Translations under genes and position numbers: made by a program
DNA from: Paraspadella gotoi
Lineage: Eukaryota > Animalia > Chaetognatha
Direction of reading: 5' to 3'
DNA: 64,000 nt
NCBI GenBank assembly: GCA_051294375.1
Contig: JBJCIZ010001671.1
Location: forward strand, 22,512 to 86,511
Shown here: in pieces, positions 63,825-64,000 of the stretch
How the letters are laid out: the number at the start of each line of letters is the position of its first letter
How positions within the stretch are numbered: the stretch's first letter is position 1
Notes under the pieces: generated by a model
What the model saw: the letters and a program-made list of their open reading frames with translations, nothing else
The model's database searches: none
What the model was told of the DNA's origin: nothing

Positions 63825-64000
63825 TCTCAAGGCTGAGCAGGCTAAATCATGCTCACAATTCCCATCCGTGCGGCCGGGTTCAACCCCTGGGGTTAACCGG
63901 TTCTCGGCTTAAAGTGACGGTGTGCCCGTTATAAAACATGCCAGTGACAGAGGCGGTCACTGAGGTCCGCAGCCCCTACGCCAGTTGGTTGAGATACCCG
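63825..64000 (+). mobile_element. Possible tRNA-derived SINE head (runs off window)
   Basis: A-box-like GGCTGAGCAGG and B-box-like GGTTCAACCCC. Confidence 0.35.

Overview
AT-rich, microsatellite-rich eukaryotic (invertebrate-like) DNA made up mostly of transposable elements, with several N gaps. No complete host gene could be assembled; there is one plausible isolated exon. The centrepiece is a 5.8-kb Ty3/gypsy-type LTR element (40324-46106). It has ~98% identical 297-bp LTRs, a 4-bp TSD, a tRNA-Leu PBS and a PPT. It encodes a Gag-like protein, an integrase and a chuvirus-type (class III/gB-like) envelope glycoprotein, but no protease, RT or RNase H. Its LTR termini read 5'-CA...TG-3', the reverse of the canonical TG...CA. 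A related lone LTR (60557-60903) has the same termini and is followed by ~40 nt complementary to a mature tRNA-Leu. The element sits inside one of two copies of a ~4.4-kb unit carrying only a BEL/Pao-type gag. The rest is two heavily degraded BEL/Pao pol regions, three copies of an intron-containing LTR, a LINE RT relic, SINE/MITE/Helentron-like repeats and satellites. Family assignments come from motif recognition by eye, not database searches. The ~8.7-24 kb stretch is indel-riddled and may be low-accuracy sequence.
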